From Eledone cirrhosa (lineage: Eukaryota): a stretch of DNA of 64,000 nucleotides. Numbering within the stretch: the first letter of the stretch is position 1; every line of letters starts with the position of its first letter. This document shows positions 36,807-47,789 of the stretch, in pieces. The stretch spans positions 60,140,001 through 60,204,000 of the forward strand of contig OZ024744.1 in NCBI GenBank assembly GCA_964016885.1. The letters run 5' to 3'. Below the pieces are notes generated by a model, which was not told the origin of the DNA, did not search any database, and saw only the letters and a program-made list of their open reading frames with translations. Position numbers and translations under genes: made by a program.

Positions 36807-37455
36807 CAAGGTGTGGACGATATTTGTTTACAATTTTCAACTGCTAATTTTATGCAATTTTTTTTTACTTACGTTGTCACTCTTGTCTTCATAAAAACAG
36901 TGACTATATTTCCATTATTTATTTTCAGAATAATTGATTATGAATAATTTTGAACCTCCAAATTTGTGGAAGAGACACGGAGTTCTTTTTGGAATCCGTG
37001 CCGGGAGGACAAATAAGGAAATTTCAGACTTTCTCAGCGTCAGCAGGAGAATGGTGGAAAAGGTCAGAAAGCAATTGGAAGATTCAGGATTCGACTACGA
37101 AGTAACATCAGAGAGGAAAACATATGATCGACGATCTGATGCCTTCAGAACGCCCGAGTTCATCGCTGAAGTTCAGGATATCATCAACAATGAACCTAGC
37201 AAGTCGATGCGTGCCATTGCAAGGGAGAAAGGCGTGGATGAAAAGCTCATTAAGCTGACAAGAAGACATTTGCTACGTTTCATACAAGATGAGGAAAGGA
37301 CAATTTATGTCAAAAGCGATGCAAGAAAAGCAACTGAAGCACGCAAAGAAGCTGATCAACAAGTTGAAACACCCACTGGAGCCAGACATGCTGTGGTTTT
37401 TCTCCGACGAGAAAAACTTCTGCCAAGACCAGATCAACTCCCAGAACAACAGGCC
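36807..37455 (+). mobile_element. Tc1/mariner (maT-like) transposon 5' part, transposase pseudogene
   Basis: TA|CAAGGTGT start; HTH (EISDFL.VSRR.V, SMRAIAR), WFFSDEKNF..DQ.NSQNNR; cut by a SINE. Confidence 0.85.
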
Positions 37456-37457
37456 AG

Positions 37458-37610
37458 CAATTATCCCAGTGTATTACTGGTACTTTATTTCATCAACCCC
37501 GTAAGGATGAAAGGCAAAGTTAACCTCGGCAGGATTTGAACTCAGACCGTAAAGGAACGTAACTATGCTAGAAAGCATGGCATCTGACGCTCTACCGGTT
37601 CTGCCAATCC
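37458..37610 (-). mobile_element. tRNA-derived SINE (octopus-type)
   Basis: Reverse complement of the 18080 SINE; A-box-like TGGCAGAACCGG, B box GAGTTCAAATCC. Confidence 0.82.
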
Positions 37611-38269
37611 TGAAAACCATTTATCATTGACCATCAATTATAAAAAAAAATCAGCCAAAATTATTCCGTAGTAAATAGGGAAAAACTCCTACCAACAGAT
37701 CAACAAAAGAGGATCAAATATATTTTTAAGGGAGAAGGAAGCTCTCTGGATAAATTGATTAGAGCCTCCAATAGATTTGGGAAAGACGGACAATAGTTGG
37801 TGTGATATTGGCTAAGATATGTGCACACACACACAGAGTTACGGCAGAAATATCTAGAATGACCTTTTGTTTACCCTACACATGCACAGGTCCAATGAAT
37901 AACCATCAATTTTCATACAGAATGTACAGTCAGGCATGCGCAAGTCCACCGAATAACCATCAATTTTAAGCAGAATCGTACAACCAGCAACATTCAATGA
38001 CGTGTTTATTTTCCCTTTGGAAAACCACCCTCGTTGATGGATGTGAATCTGAAATATAGGGACTAATAAATCTTTTTAGGTACACAAACTCTGGCATTCT
38101 TCTTTTACCTCTTTTCTCTTTACACCTTTTACGTTAATTTACGGTTGTTTTCCTCCTCTTATTACCACTTGATTTCGATGCCAGAAGATTTACCCATCTG
38201 CATTGTAGAGGCTTCCAAACTGACTATTTTTCATTTTTTTTTTATATCACACGCATAGCAAGGATCAGC

Positions 38270-38600
38270 TGAGAGCATCAACAACTCAGGCAATCACTCA
38301 GGGTACCATATGAAGACATTAGCTATTTCCAAATTCAAAAGAGAAAATCATCGGTTGACAATAAATGTAGGCTATGTAAAACAAAAACTTAAGACATTGG
38401 CCACATTGATGCCGATTGTGAAAGAATGTCTTCTTGTAACTACCTTCCCATTGAAACATGATATGATAGCCAGAACAATTTGGAATACAGTGTAAAAAAC
38501 AAGAGTAACAACAAATAGGGACAAATATATTGAGACAGGTGGATCAAAAAAATAATGGTGAAACATGAAAATAAAAACTGCCACTAAATTATAATATAAC
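38270..38600 (+). mobile_element. R4/NeSL-like non-LTR fragment (CCHC knuckle before RLE)
   Basis: DNKCRLCK....IGHI...C..M...YLPLKHD.IA..IW. Confidence 0.6.
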
Positions 38601-38884
38601 TCGCTTCATATCATTGTTTAAAACCACAAAACGAAAACAAGCTGTTGTGGAAATTAGTTACCTACCCCGTGTCAATGTAGTAAGAAAAATACTAAATCCA
38701 AAATACTAGACCCAAAATGCTCATTCAGTTTCATACCTATTGTTATTTCATACCTATTATTGCTACACGATATATAGCAACCCACCTGGATCATAATATA
38801 GTTGAATTTGGATTGTAGGAGAAAGAATTCATCAGCTTATATTGTCATAATATCTGGATCTACAAAAATCTTCATAAAATTTAA

Positions 38885-39183
38885 AGAATGAATGGTTGCA
38901 CAAGGGACAACAAAAGAACAAGACCCTTTTCTCTAGGGAGATGGAGAGTAACATGGTGGTGGAATAGTAAAATAGATGAGACAATTAAAGCTAAAAGACA
39001 GGCTTGGAAAATAGGGGTAGCAGACAGGTCTACCGGAAGACTAGGAGAGAAATTAGGCAACAAATATACCTTGCAAGAAGGGAAGCAGAAGACAAAAGAT
39101 TTAAGCACATTTTGCAGCATGAGGATTAAAGGCGTGAGGTGTTCATAATCACAAGACAGTGTGTTAGGGATAATTATGATGTT
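38885..39183 (+). mobile_element. RTE-like LINE, left part (interrupted by Gypsy element 2)
   Basis: RVTWWWN...AKRQAWK; reading continues after 43661. Confidence 0.75.
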
Positions 39184-39558
39184 TGTGCGTATGGTGTGGC
39201 GTGCGGTGGCTGCAGGTGCCTAGTGGTGCCTAGCAACGGGGTGAATGCCAGTTTGGGCAGTGTCTAGCAACGGGGTGAACGCAAGTTTGGGCAGTACCTA
39301 GCGTAGTACCTAGCAACGGGGTAAACGGCAGTTTGGGATCTCCCGGTGCTAGGCAGTTGGAAGCAGGCAGGCGAGGAGTAAGGAACAGTGACGATAGCAG
39401 CGCTAGTGAAAAGAGCAAAACGATATGGGACTGTTGATACGAAGAGACGGCCAACTGAGGAAGACGGATGTACAAGAAATGGTCTTCAAACTACCATGCA
39501 GTGGAGATTGAGCGGCGCCTTTGAAAAGCGGTAAGTGAGATAGCTTTTTCCAACCACA
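39184..39558 (+). repeat. 5' LTR of Gypsy element 2 (375 bp)
   Basis: TGTGCGTATG...AACCACA; internal ~34-bp repeats. Confidence 0.95.
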
Positions 39559-39570
39559 AGCTATTTCGGC
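39559..39570 (+). promoter_or_regulatory. Putative PBS complementary to nt 1-12 of tRNA-Phe
   Basis: AGCTATTTCGGC is the reverse complement of GCCGAAATAGCT, the 5' end of animal tRNA-Phe(GAA). Confidence 0.7.
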
Positions 39571-39683
39571 AACAGGAAACAGATCGGACTGAACAAAGAA
39601 AAAAAGAAGAAAAAGCTACTGGAAAAACAGAGAGGAGTCTGTTGTTTTTTTTTTTTGTCACTTACCGCTATACAAATCAGAGG

Positions 39684-40445
39684 ATGGCGACAAGACTACG
39701 GACGAGCGAAGCCATCAGGGCATTTACCGGGGAGGGTAATGTAATCGCTTGGCTGCGGAAAGTTCGGCTGGTCGCAAGCTTGCAGAAGATAGAGGATGTG
39801 GCTGGCCTAATGGCACTCTACCTCGAGGGAGACGCGCTGGTACTCTTCCTTGAGTTGGACGAGCACAGCCAAAGAGATGCGCAGAAGTTTGAGCGGCGTC
39901 TGATAGATGCATTCGCCGAGGGACCGTTGGCAGCTTTTGCTAAGCTGGCGAGAATCAGGTGGAATGGTGAGCGCGTCGACATTTTCACAGCGGAAATACG
40001 GCGGTTGGCCATGTTGGCTGGTTATCAGGCGGAATGCGAACGAACGGTGCGGTTGGCGTTCATTAATGGATTTCCAGACGACATAGCGGTGAGGCTGCAG
40101 CAAGTCCCGGGTTATAAAGAGATGGAAATGCGTTCACTGGTGGGACAAGCCCGGATCATAGCGGAAGATGCCAAAAAGAGTGTTGCGGCGATAGCAACTA
40201 CGGAGGCTCAGGACACTTGGCAGCGAAACGGTGAAAGGGAGGCAACCTCGGCACGCGGTCGCCCGCGAATGTTTAGAGGGCGCTGTTTTCATTGTCAGGG
40301 CCCGCACATGGCTAGAGACTGTAGAGAGTTGAGGCCGGAAAAAATTTGCTACCGGTGTAAGCGACCAGGCCACATCGCTACTAACTGCGACCAGGGAAAC
40401 GATCCAAGGGGAACTACTGCGCCGGTAGTTGCCCCTTACGAGTAG
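39684..40445 (+). CDS. gag: gag with two zinc knuckles (open ORF)
   Basis: ATG 39684 to stop 40445; CFHCQGPHMARDC and CYRCKRPGHIATNC; G GGA AAC slippery site at 40394-40400. Confidence 0.85.
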   Translation: MATRLRTSEAIRAFTGEGNVIAWLRKVRLVASLQKIEDVAGLMALYLEGDALVLFLELDEHSQRDAQKFERRLIDAFAEGPLAAFAKLARIRWNGERVDIFTAEIRRLAMLAGYQAECERTVRLAFINGFPDDIAVRLQQVPGYKEMEMRSLVGQARIIAEDAKKSVAAIATTEAQDTWQRNGEREATSARGRPRMFRGRCFHCQGPHMARDCRELRPEKICYRCKRPGHIATNCDQGNDPRGTTAPVVAPYE

Positions 40446-43251
40446 CGGCGCTGCCCGTGGTGGAAGTCTTCGTGAGGGGGAAGCCACAGCGAGCCCCCGT
40501 GGACACGGGCTGTACAACGACACTGGTGACCGCGGGTGTGGCGCAGAGGTGGGGAGGGAAGAGCAGTGTAAGGGCAGTCGACGGCAGGAAAATCGAATGC
40601 CGAGGTCGCAGCGAGATGGAAATAGCAGTACGGGGTAGGAGGATAAAGCTTTCGGACATTGTAGTAGACAGTGTGGTGGATGGGATCGGCGTGGTTATGG
40701 GCATGGACGCGATTGGCCGTTTAGGAGGCGTCACAGTGGACAACCTCGGTGTGTCGTTTGGCGCCGCTGCATCGGCATGCGCTGTGAGTGCACGTCATGA
40801 GAACCAGAAGGCCCACGAGGAGGAATAACCCGCTTACACTGTGCAGGACAAAGACTTCAAGGCCATGTTCGATGGGCAGCGATGGGTTGTTGAGTGGTAC
40901 TGGAAGGGAGAACCACCAACACTGAAGACCAAAGTGGGCTGCTATCAACATACATTGAAGGGAAACGTTAGGAGCAAGTTCGAGCGAGAAGTAGAGAGAT
41001 GGATCGAAGAGGGCATACTGCTTCCCTGGAAGGAGGAGGTGAAGTGCGGAGTATTGCCGTTAATGGCGGTGGTGCAACCCACGAAGAGCAAGGTGAGGCC
41101 GGTGCTGGACTATCGGGAGCTGAACGAGCACGTGTCATGCCACACGGATGGCGAGGTCACGGATATCTGTGAGGAAACCCTGCGTGAGTGGAGACGCATG
41201 ACGGGGCGTTCAGCGATCGTAGACCTAAAGTCGGCTTACTTGCAGTTGCATATAGATGAGAAGCTCTGGTGGTATCAGCTGGTCAGGTATAAGAGCCAGA
41301 CATATTGCCTGACCAGGCTCGGTTTCGGGCTGAGCTCCACACCGAAGATCATGGCGGCGGTCCTCAAGACCATTCTGGGGAAGGCTGACAAGATAAAGAG
41401 GGCTACTAACTCCTACATTGACGACATCTTAGTGGACGAGTCGGTGGTGTCGGCGGCGAAGGTCAAGAGCCGTTTACAGGGGTACGGACTGGCTGCGAAG
41501 CCGTCAGAAGCATTGGAGGGAGGAGCCGCGCTGGGACTTAGGCTACGGCGAGACAGGACGGGCATCTTGGTATTCCAGAGGGGAAATGAGGTTCCAGAAC
41601 TGGGCCCAAGTATAAGTAGGCGGGAGCTTTTCTCGGTGTGCGGAAAGCTGGTGGGTCATTACCCGATCGCTGGGTGGCTCCGGACGGCATGCAGCTATGT
41701 CAAGAGACGAGCGGGAGGAGTGACTTGGAGTGACAGAGTGAGAGAGAGGACGGTGGCCATGATGCAGGAGATCGTGGGAAGGGTGAAGGCCGACGACCCA
41801 GTGCGGGGACGCTGGTATGTTCCCAAATCACAGAGCGGGACCATGTGGTGCGATGCCAGCAGTATAGCGCTGGGTGTCACGTTGGAGATAGGAGGTGTTG
41901 AGGTCGAGGATGCAGCCTGGCTCAGGAAGAAGGACGACTGCAATCACATCAATGTGGCCGAACTGGTGAACGTCGCCCTGCGGTGGGGGCTGCACACCAT
42001 CGAGATACGCACCGACTCGGCTACTGTACTCAGATGGGTGAGATCAGTGCTCACCAGTGAGAAGAGAGTGCGAACGAGAGGCGTGGTGGAGATGCTGATA
42101 AAGCGCCGCCTGGGAACTTTAGGAGAGCTGGCCACCGAGTTGACCTGAGGCTGAGCGTAGTTTTCGTGCCCTCAGAGAAAAATAGGGCGGACATATTAAC
42201 TAGGGTGAAGAAAGCCTGGATGGGAGCACAGGAGGAGGTAGAGGATGAGAAAGCTACTGTGTGTCGGCTGACCGAGTTGGATCTGAAGGGGTTGCATGAC
42301 ATGCACCACATGGGGGTGGATATGAGCCTGTTCCTAGCCAGGAGAATCAACCCGGACATTAGCAGACACAGTGTTCAGGGAGTGGTTAGAGGCTGCGTCC
42401 GATGTCAGTCCATTGATCCCGCCCCAGGTGTACACGTAACGGGAAGCCTCCCGGAGGATTGCGACTGGAAGCGATTAGCGGTGGATGTGACGCACTACCG
42501 ACAGGGAACGTACCTCTCGATGGTCGACTGTGGACCAGGTCGAATGGCGATATGGAGGGAGATGAAGACTGGAACGGCCGAGGAAATCGTGCGGACATTG
42601 AGAGAGGTATTCTTGGAGCGGTGCCCTGTGGACGAACTGCTGATGGACAACAGCGCAGCGTTCCGCTCGAAGGCACTGAGGGAGATGCTCGTTGGATGGA
42701 AGGTGAACCATTTCTTCAAAGCGGCGCACAGGCCGACTGGGAATGGAATCGTGGAGCGACACCACCGGACAATCAAGGCAATGGCAGAGCGGGGCCATGT
42801 CTCACCAATGGAGGCAGTGTTCTGGTACAACATGTCCCCTCGGGTTGGACAGGTCGAGGAATCGGTGCCACACAGAGCAGTATTCAAATACGAGTGGAGG
42901 CACCCGTGCACGCCACCACAACGGCCAGTGGGGAAAGAGAGTGCATTCGTGCAGGTGGACGAAGAAGTCTGGGTTAAGCCCCCAGATGCACGTTGCACAT
43001 CTCAATGGGGAAGGGGAACAGTGACGGCTGTAAATTCAAAGAACAATGTGTCCGTGGACGGGGTACCACGTGATGTCCTGGATGTAAGAAGAATCACTGT
43101 GTCGACGGACTCCGAGGAAGAGGAAACCCAAGATGAGGTGGAAACTCAGAGCCCTGCCCCAATACTACGGAGATCGCAACGATGTCGTAGACCACCAACC
43201 TGGACAGCAGACTTCCACATGGAGAGAGACGAGGAGGAAATTGATCCTTGA
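40394..43251 (+). pseudogene. pol: pol (protease, RT, RNase H, integrase), disrupted
   Basis: VDTGC, RPVLDYRELN, DLKSAY, YIDD, CDASS, H..HHMG...CVRC, AVDVT/MDN/GIVERHH; in-frame TAA at 40826-40828 and frameshift near 42148. Confidence 0.92.
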
Positions 43252-43264
43252 GATCAGGGGGGCG

Positions 43265-43656
43265 TGTGGGTATGGTGTGGCGTGTGGGTATGGTGTGGCG
43301 TGCGGTGGCTGCAGGTGCCTAGTGGTGCCTAGCAACTGGGTGAACGCCAGTTTGGGCAGTGTCTAGCAACGGGGTGAATGCAAGTTTGGGCAGTACCTAG
43401 CGTAGTACCTAGCAATGGGGTAAATGCCAGTTTGGGATCTCCCAGTGCTAGGCAATTGGAAGCAGGCAGGAGAGGAGTAAGGAGCAGGATGATAGCAGCG
43501 CTAGTGAAAAGAGCAAAACGATATGGGACTGTTGATACGAAGAGACGGCCAACCGAGGAAGACGGATGTTCAAGAAATGGTCTTCAAACTACCATGCAGT
43601 GGAGATTGAGCGGCGCCTTTGAAAAGCGGTAAGTGAGATAGCTTTTTCAAACCACA
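43265..43656 (+). repeat. 3' LTR of Gypsy element 2 (392 bp)
   Basis: Copy of the 5' LTR with an extra 18-bp unit at its start and roughly 15 substitutions (counted by eye). Confidence 0.93.
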
Positions 43657-44575
43657 ATGTTGATGGAGTGAAGTGTGTCTGAAATGATTTTGGTGAACTT
43701 GCCCTCACTGACACTGAAAAGAAAGTAGCATGGAAGTGCCACTATGAAAGATTACTGAATGAAGAGAATGCATGGGATGAAGACAGTCTGTCACATTTCG
43801 ACCCAACCAAGTCCCAACCAAGTCATACAACAAAGTCATACAAAATAGTGTCATACCCAATGACTGGTGTAGCAGCAGCATCATAAACTGTTACAAGGGC
43901 AAAGGTGATGCTCTAGGTAGGGAAAAAATTATAGAGGCATTAAGTTGGTTGAGCAGGTTTTGAAGGTCACTGAAAGAGTCATATCTCAGTTGATTAGGAA
44001 ATGAGCTAACCTAGATGAGGGGTTTGTACCAGGTAAAAGTACCACAGATGCCTCTTCTTTGAAAGACAACTGCATGAGAAGTACCTAGCTAAGAGTAAAC
44101 CTCTCTACTTGGCTTTTTTAGACCTGGAGAAAACACGTTCCATTATCTGGTGGACTGTTAGAAAACTAGGTGTAGAAAACAAAGAACGTAGGTTTTACAT
44201 GCGGTCAGTGCACAGGAGCAATAAATAGCAAGAGCTCTCAGGATGCAATCACCTTCAAATGCCCTGAGGGCTCTATAGAAGAGGTAGATAGCTTATGTTA
44301 CCTGGGTGACCAAATCAGTGGTGGGGGAGGGTGTTCCAAAAGTACAGTAGCCAGAGTGAGATAGGGTTGGATAAAGTTCAGGGATCTTCTACTGCTGCTA
44401 ATTACAAAAGGTTTTTCCCTCAAAATGAAAGGCAGACTGTATGGTGCATACATACAAACAACTATGTTGCACAGCAGCGAGACCTGGGCACTGTGTGCAG
44501 AGGACCTGTGAAGACTGGAGAGAAATGAAGCCTCCATACTTTGATGGGTGTGCAACAGCAACATACGAGGAGTGC
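43657..44575 (+). mobile_element. RTE-like LINE, right part
   Basis: AWKCHYERLLNEENAW, YKGKGDA, NYRGIKL, LAFLDLEK, EEVDSLCYLGDQI, TMLHSSETWAL. Confidence 0.8.
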
Positions 44576-44829
44576 TGGTGGGATGAATAAATGCACCCAG
44601 TCCACACTGTAAAGTGGTTGGTGATAGGAATAACATCCAGCCAGAAAAAACCCTGTCAAAATTATGAAAAGCACAATACATATATGACTCACACTAATTG
44701 CATATACAGGACTAACGCTAGTCATTTTTGTGCTGTGCATGGTAGTGAGGTGACTAGAGTAGCCATGTATAAGAACCCCTCATCATCAAGCAATTGTACA
44801 CTATTTTTCCCATCCAGGTACAAAGAAGT

Positions 44830-45750
44830 CACCATCAGGTAACATGTTTCAGGACCTCCACTCTCAATGTGGGCTCCCTGAAATGTAGCTGAAATTGTGG
44901 AGTTACTAAAGAGGAGACAAGTGGATGTATGCTGTGTGCAAGAGGTGAGATGGATGGGTGCCTCAAGCAAATAGCATAGTCACAAGCTCTTCTGGATAGG
45001 AAATGACAATTGGGTAAGTGATGTAGGCATTCGACTAGCTGAAAAATGGATAAATACAGTGATAGAGGTAGTTATAGTAAGTGACAGATATATCAAGCAT
45101 AGATTATTGTAGCCAATAGAATGGTGACAATTACATCTACCTATTCCCCACAAGCAGGACTGAGTAAAGAACAGAAGGACCGGTTTTATGAGGACTTTGT
45201 ATAGACAACTTCAGTTACTGATGACAGACCTCATCATCCTGGCTGACAACTTCAATGGACATGTTGGGCAGCACCAGGATGGATTTACTGAAGTACATGG
45301 TGGATATGGATATGGCTCAAGAAATGAAGAGGGTGTGAGGCTCCTGGAATTCTGCAAATGAATTAACCTTTTGCAACACTAACTTCAGGAAATCTGCCAG
45401 CCATCTAATCACTAATAACCAGGTGAACATACAAGCCAGATTGACTTCTTACATGTAAGACAATAAGATAGACAGGTGGTTATAAATGCTAAGACCTTCC
45501 CCAGTGAAGAATGCACCACCCAACACAAATTAGTTATTAGTGACATCAGAATAAACACAAGATAAAACAAGACATGCAGGAAATATGGAGATGGAGAGTA
45601 TAGAAACTAAGGGACCTTTCTGTTAAATATAGGTTTAAAAAGGCTCTACGGGCAGCATATGATGAGAGGGAAGACAAACTGGATGCATTTGACATAGAGG
45701 ACAATTGGAAATTCTTACACCACAACCTACTGTGAACTACTGATGAGGGT
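44830..45750 (+). mobile_element. RTE-like LINE APE endonuclease fragment
   Basis: LNVGSL, DVCCVQEVRW, YSPQAG, FNGHVG, GYGSRNEEGVRLLEFC, SQIDF. Confidence 0.8.
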
Positions 45751-45892
45751 GAATTTGTTGATGATGCTTGTAGTATACAGACTAGAGTGTAGCAAGTGCT
45801 ATTGTTTCTACATCGGCAGCACCATACGCCTATTACACATACGAATCAAGCATCAGCACTAACTCCTTGTCATTTTGGAAGCATATCACCAG

Positions 45893-46190
45893 ATCATCAT
45901 CATCATCATTTTACGTCCACTTTTCCTTGCTTGCAAGTGTGGGACGGGTCCTTTTCATAACACCGTTAATCACTGTACTTCGCCATCTCCTCTGTGAGCT
46001 TCAGCGATCTGAGGTCAGCTCTCACCACGTCTGCCCATGATTTTCGTGGTCTTCCTTCCACTGGGATTTCTTGGCATTTCTTTACCCAGCGGTCATCCTC
46101 CATGCACATCACAGGTCCATACCAACGCAGTCTTCTCTCCTGCACACTACAGCCTATCCCTCTTAATCACAGTTTCCACCCCATACTTTG
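45893..46190 (-). mobile_element. RTE-like LINE 3' end with (GAT)n tail
   Basis: Minus: VQERRLRWYG.V..M, GRPRKSW..VV..DL, tail (TGA)n. Confidence 0.72.
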
Positions 46191-46889
46191 GTAGATACGG
46201 AAACAAAAACAATGAGGTCTCTGTCACAATTTTATCAACAGAGAGAAATATTTGATCTTTGCGGATAAAGGAGGTGAGCCTGATCCAACAACCAATTATC
46301 AATAGCAGGAATGAAAGAAGTGAAGCATGGTAGATCTGACCCATGTTGGTGTATCATGAACTTGCTTCATACACAGCAGACAACATTTAACAAAGGCACA
46401 GAATTACTTGACTCTTTTCGATCTTGTTACCTGGATATTTCCACTGCAACCACATTGTAGCAGCTTTCAAACCTCTCACAGTTCATTTTTTATAAAATAA
46501 TAAAATAATATTGTATGATATGCATATATGTGTATGCAAGTGTGTTTGTATATATATGTGTGTGTGTGTGCATGTATATACGCCTCTGAGTACCACTATA
46601 CTTACTTAATCTATAATATTAATATGCTTGTTCTTTAAACACCTTTCTAAACCAACACCACTAATTATACAGTGATCATTAATTCACTAGGCAATATAAT
46701 TATAAATAGACATGCTGTAACTCAGGGCAAAAATTTTACCACAGCCTATGAACTAATTTCGCTTTGCTTCCTACTTTTCACACTCCTTTCTATGTATATT
46801 ATTTAACCACCAATAAATATTCTTCTAACTATCACAAGAAATAATAATAGTATAGTAGAGTATGCAAGCAGGCAGCAAATAGATTACGA

Positions 46890-47710
46890 TTGTTAACGGC
46901 ACCAGTGATTCTTATGATGCAACAGGAGAAAAGGGAAACAACTCTAGCGTCTAATAACTGGCATTTACAACTAGTGTCCAGTAAAGCTAACGGTTAAAAG
47001 ATATCAATCGTGAATAAAGACCTGTCTACAAAACACATTTTATTGTTATCTCTTCCTGGTCCATATAGTGCACCAGCAAGCTCTATTTCGTGATCCCGAC
47101 GTGAACATGACAAACGAAAATGCCGCTGCAATAAAGCTACCCCAATTCTGGCCAAAAAGAGCCAAAGTATGGTTTGAACAAGCGGAGGTCCAATTTACAA
47201 TCAAAGGAATCACAGAGAACTTAACAAAATACTCGTATGTGACGGCAGCACTAGACCAAGATATGGCAACTCAAGTGTTAGACATCTTAGTCAAACCATC
47301 AGTTAAGAATAAATACGAAAAGCTCAAAAGTAAGCTTGTGGAGACTTTGAGGCTGAGCAAACATGAAGCAGTAGCCAGGATACTTGACATAGAAAGTTTA
47401 GGCAACTCCAAGCCTTCAGAATTAATAGACAAAATGCTGGCTTTAGTGCCACTGGATGAAACACCAGGATTTCTGTTCGAAGAGATATTCCTGACCCAGC
47501 TACCCCTCAAATTCAGTCCCCCTTAACTCAGATCGGGATCAAAGACTTACACAAGTTGGCAAATGCAGTAGACAAACATTTTTCGTTTACAAGCATTACA
47601 GCAAAGTGACCTTTGTTTTTACCACCAAAGTTTTGGGGAAAGAGCTCCAAGGTGCAGAGTGCCATGTAAATTCAAGAAACTATTACCAGCATCCCTGGAA
47701 AATGGCAGTT
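46890..47710 (+). mobile_element. CsRn1-like Gypsy remnant (LTR piece, decayed tRNA-Trp PBS, gag)
   Basis: cgtgatcccgacgtga PBS-like at ~47089; IKLPQFWP....WFEQAE, LGNSKPSEL; CHCC motif CFYHQSFGERAPRCRVPC. Confidence 0.8.
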
Positions 47711-47789
47711 TGTTAATCTGGACAATAAATGTTAGGGATATCTTAACTATGCTAAATACTGTGAGGAATCATTCCAACTTTCAACATGC

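Larger units (their letters stand above)
39184..43656 (+). mobile_element. Ty3/Gypsy LTR retrotransposon 2, GC-rich and compact, with non-canonical PBS
   Basis: TG...CA LTRs, 5-bp TSD ATGTT (39179-39183 / 43657-43661), gag-PR-RT-RH-IN order, G-rich PPT at ~43256-43264. Confidence 0.95.

Noticed and set aside
39218-39340. ~34-bp repeats resembling an array
   Set aside because: Internal tandem repeats of the LTR U3, present in both LTRs; no unique spacers
42459-42998. Overlapping and antisense ORFs in integrase
   Set aside because: Expected by chance in GC-rich coding DNA; no recognisable motifs
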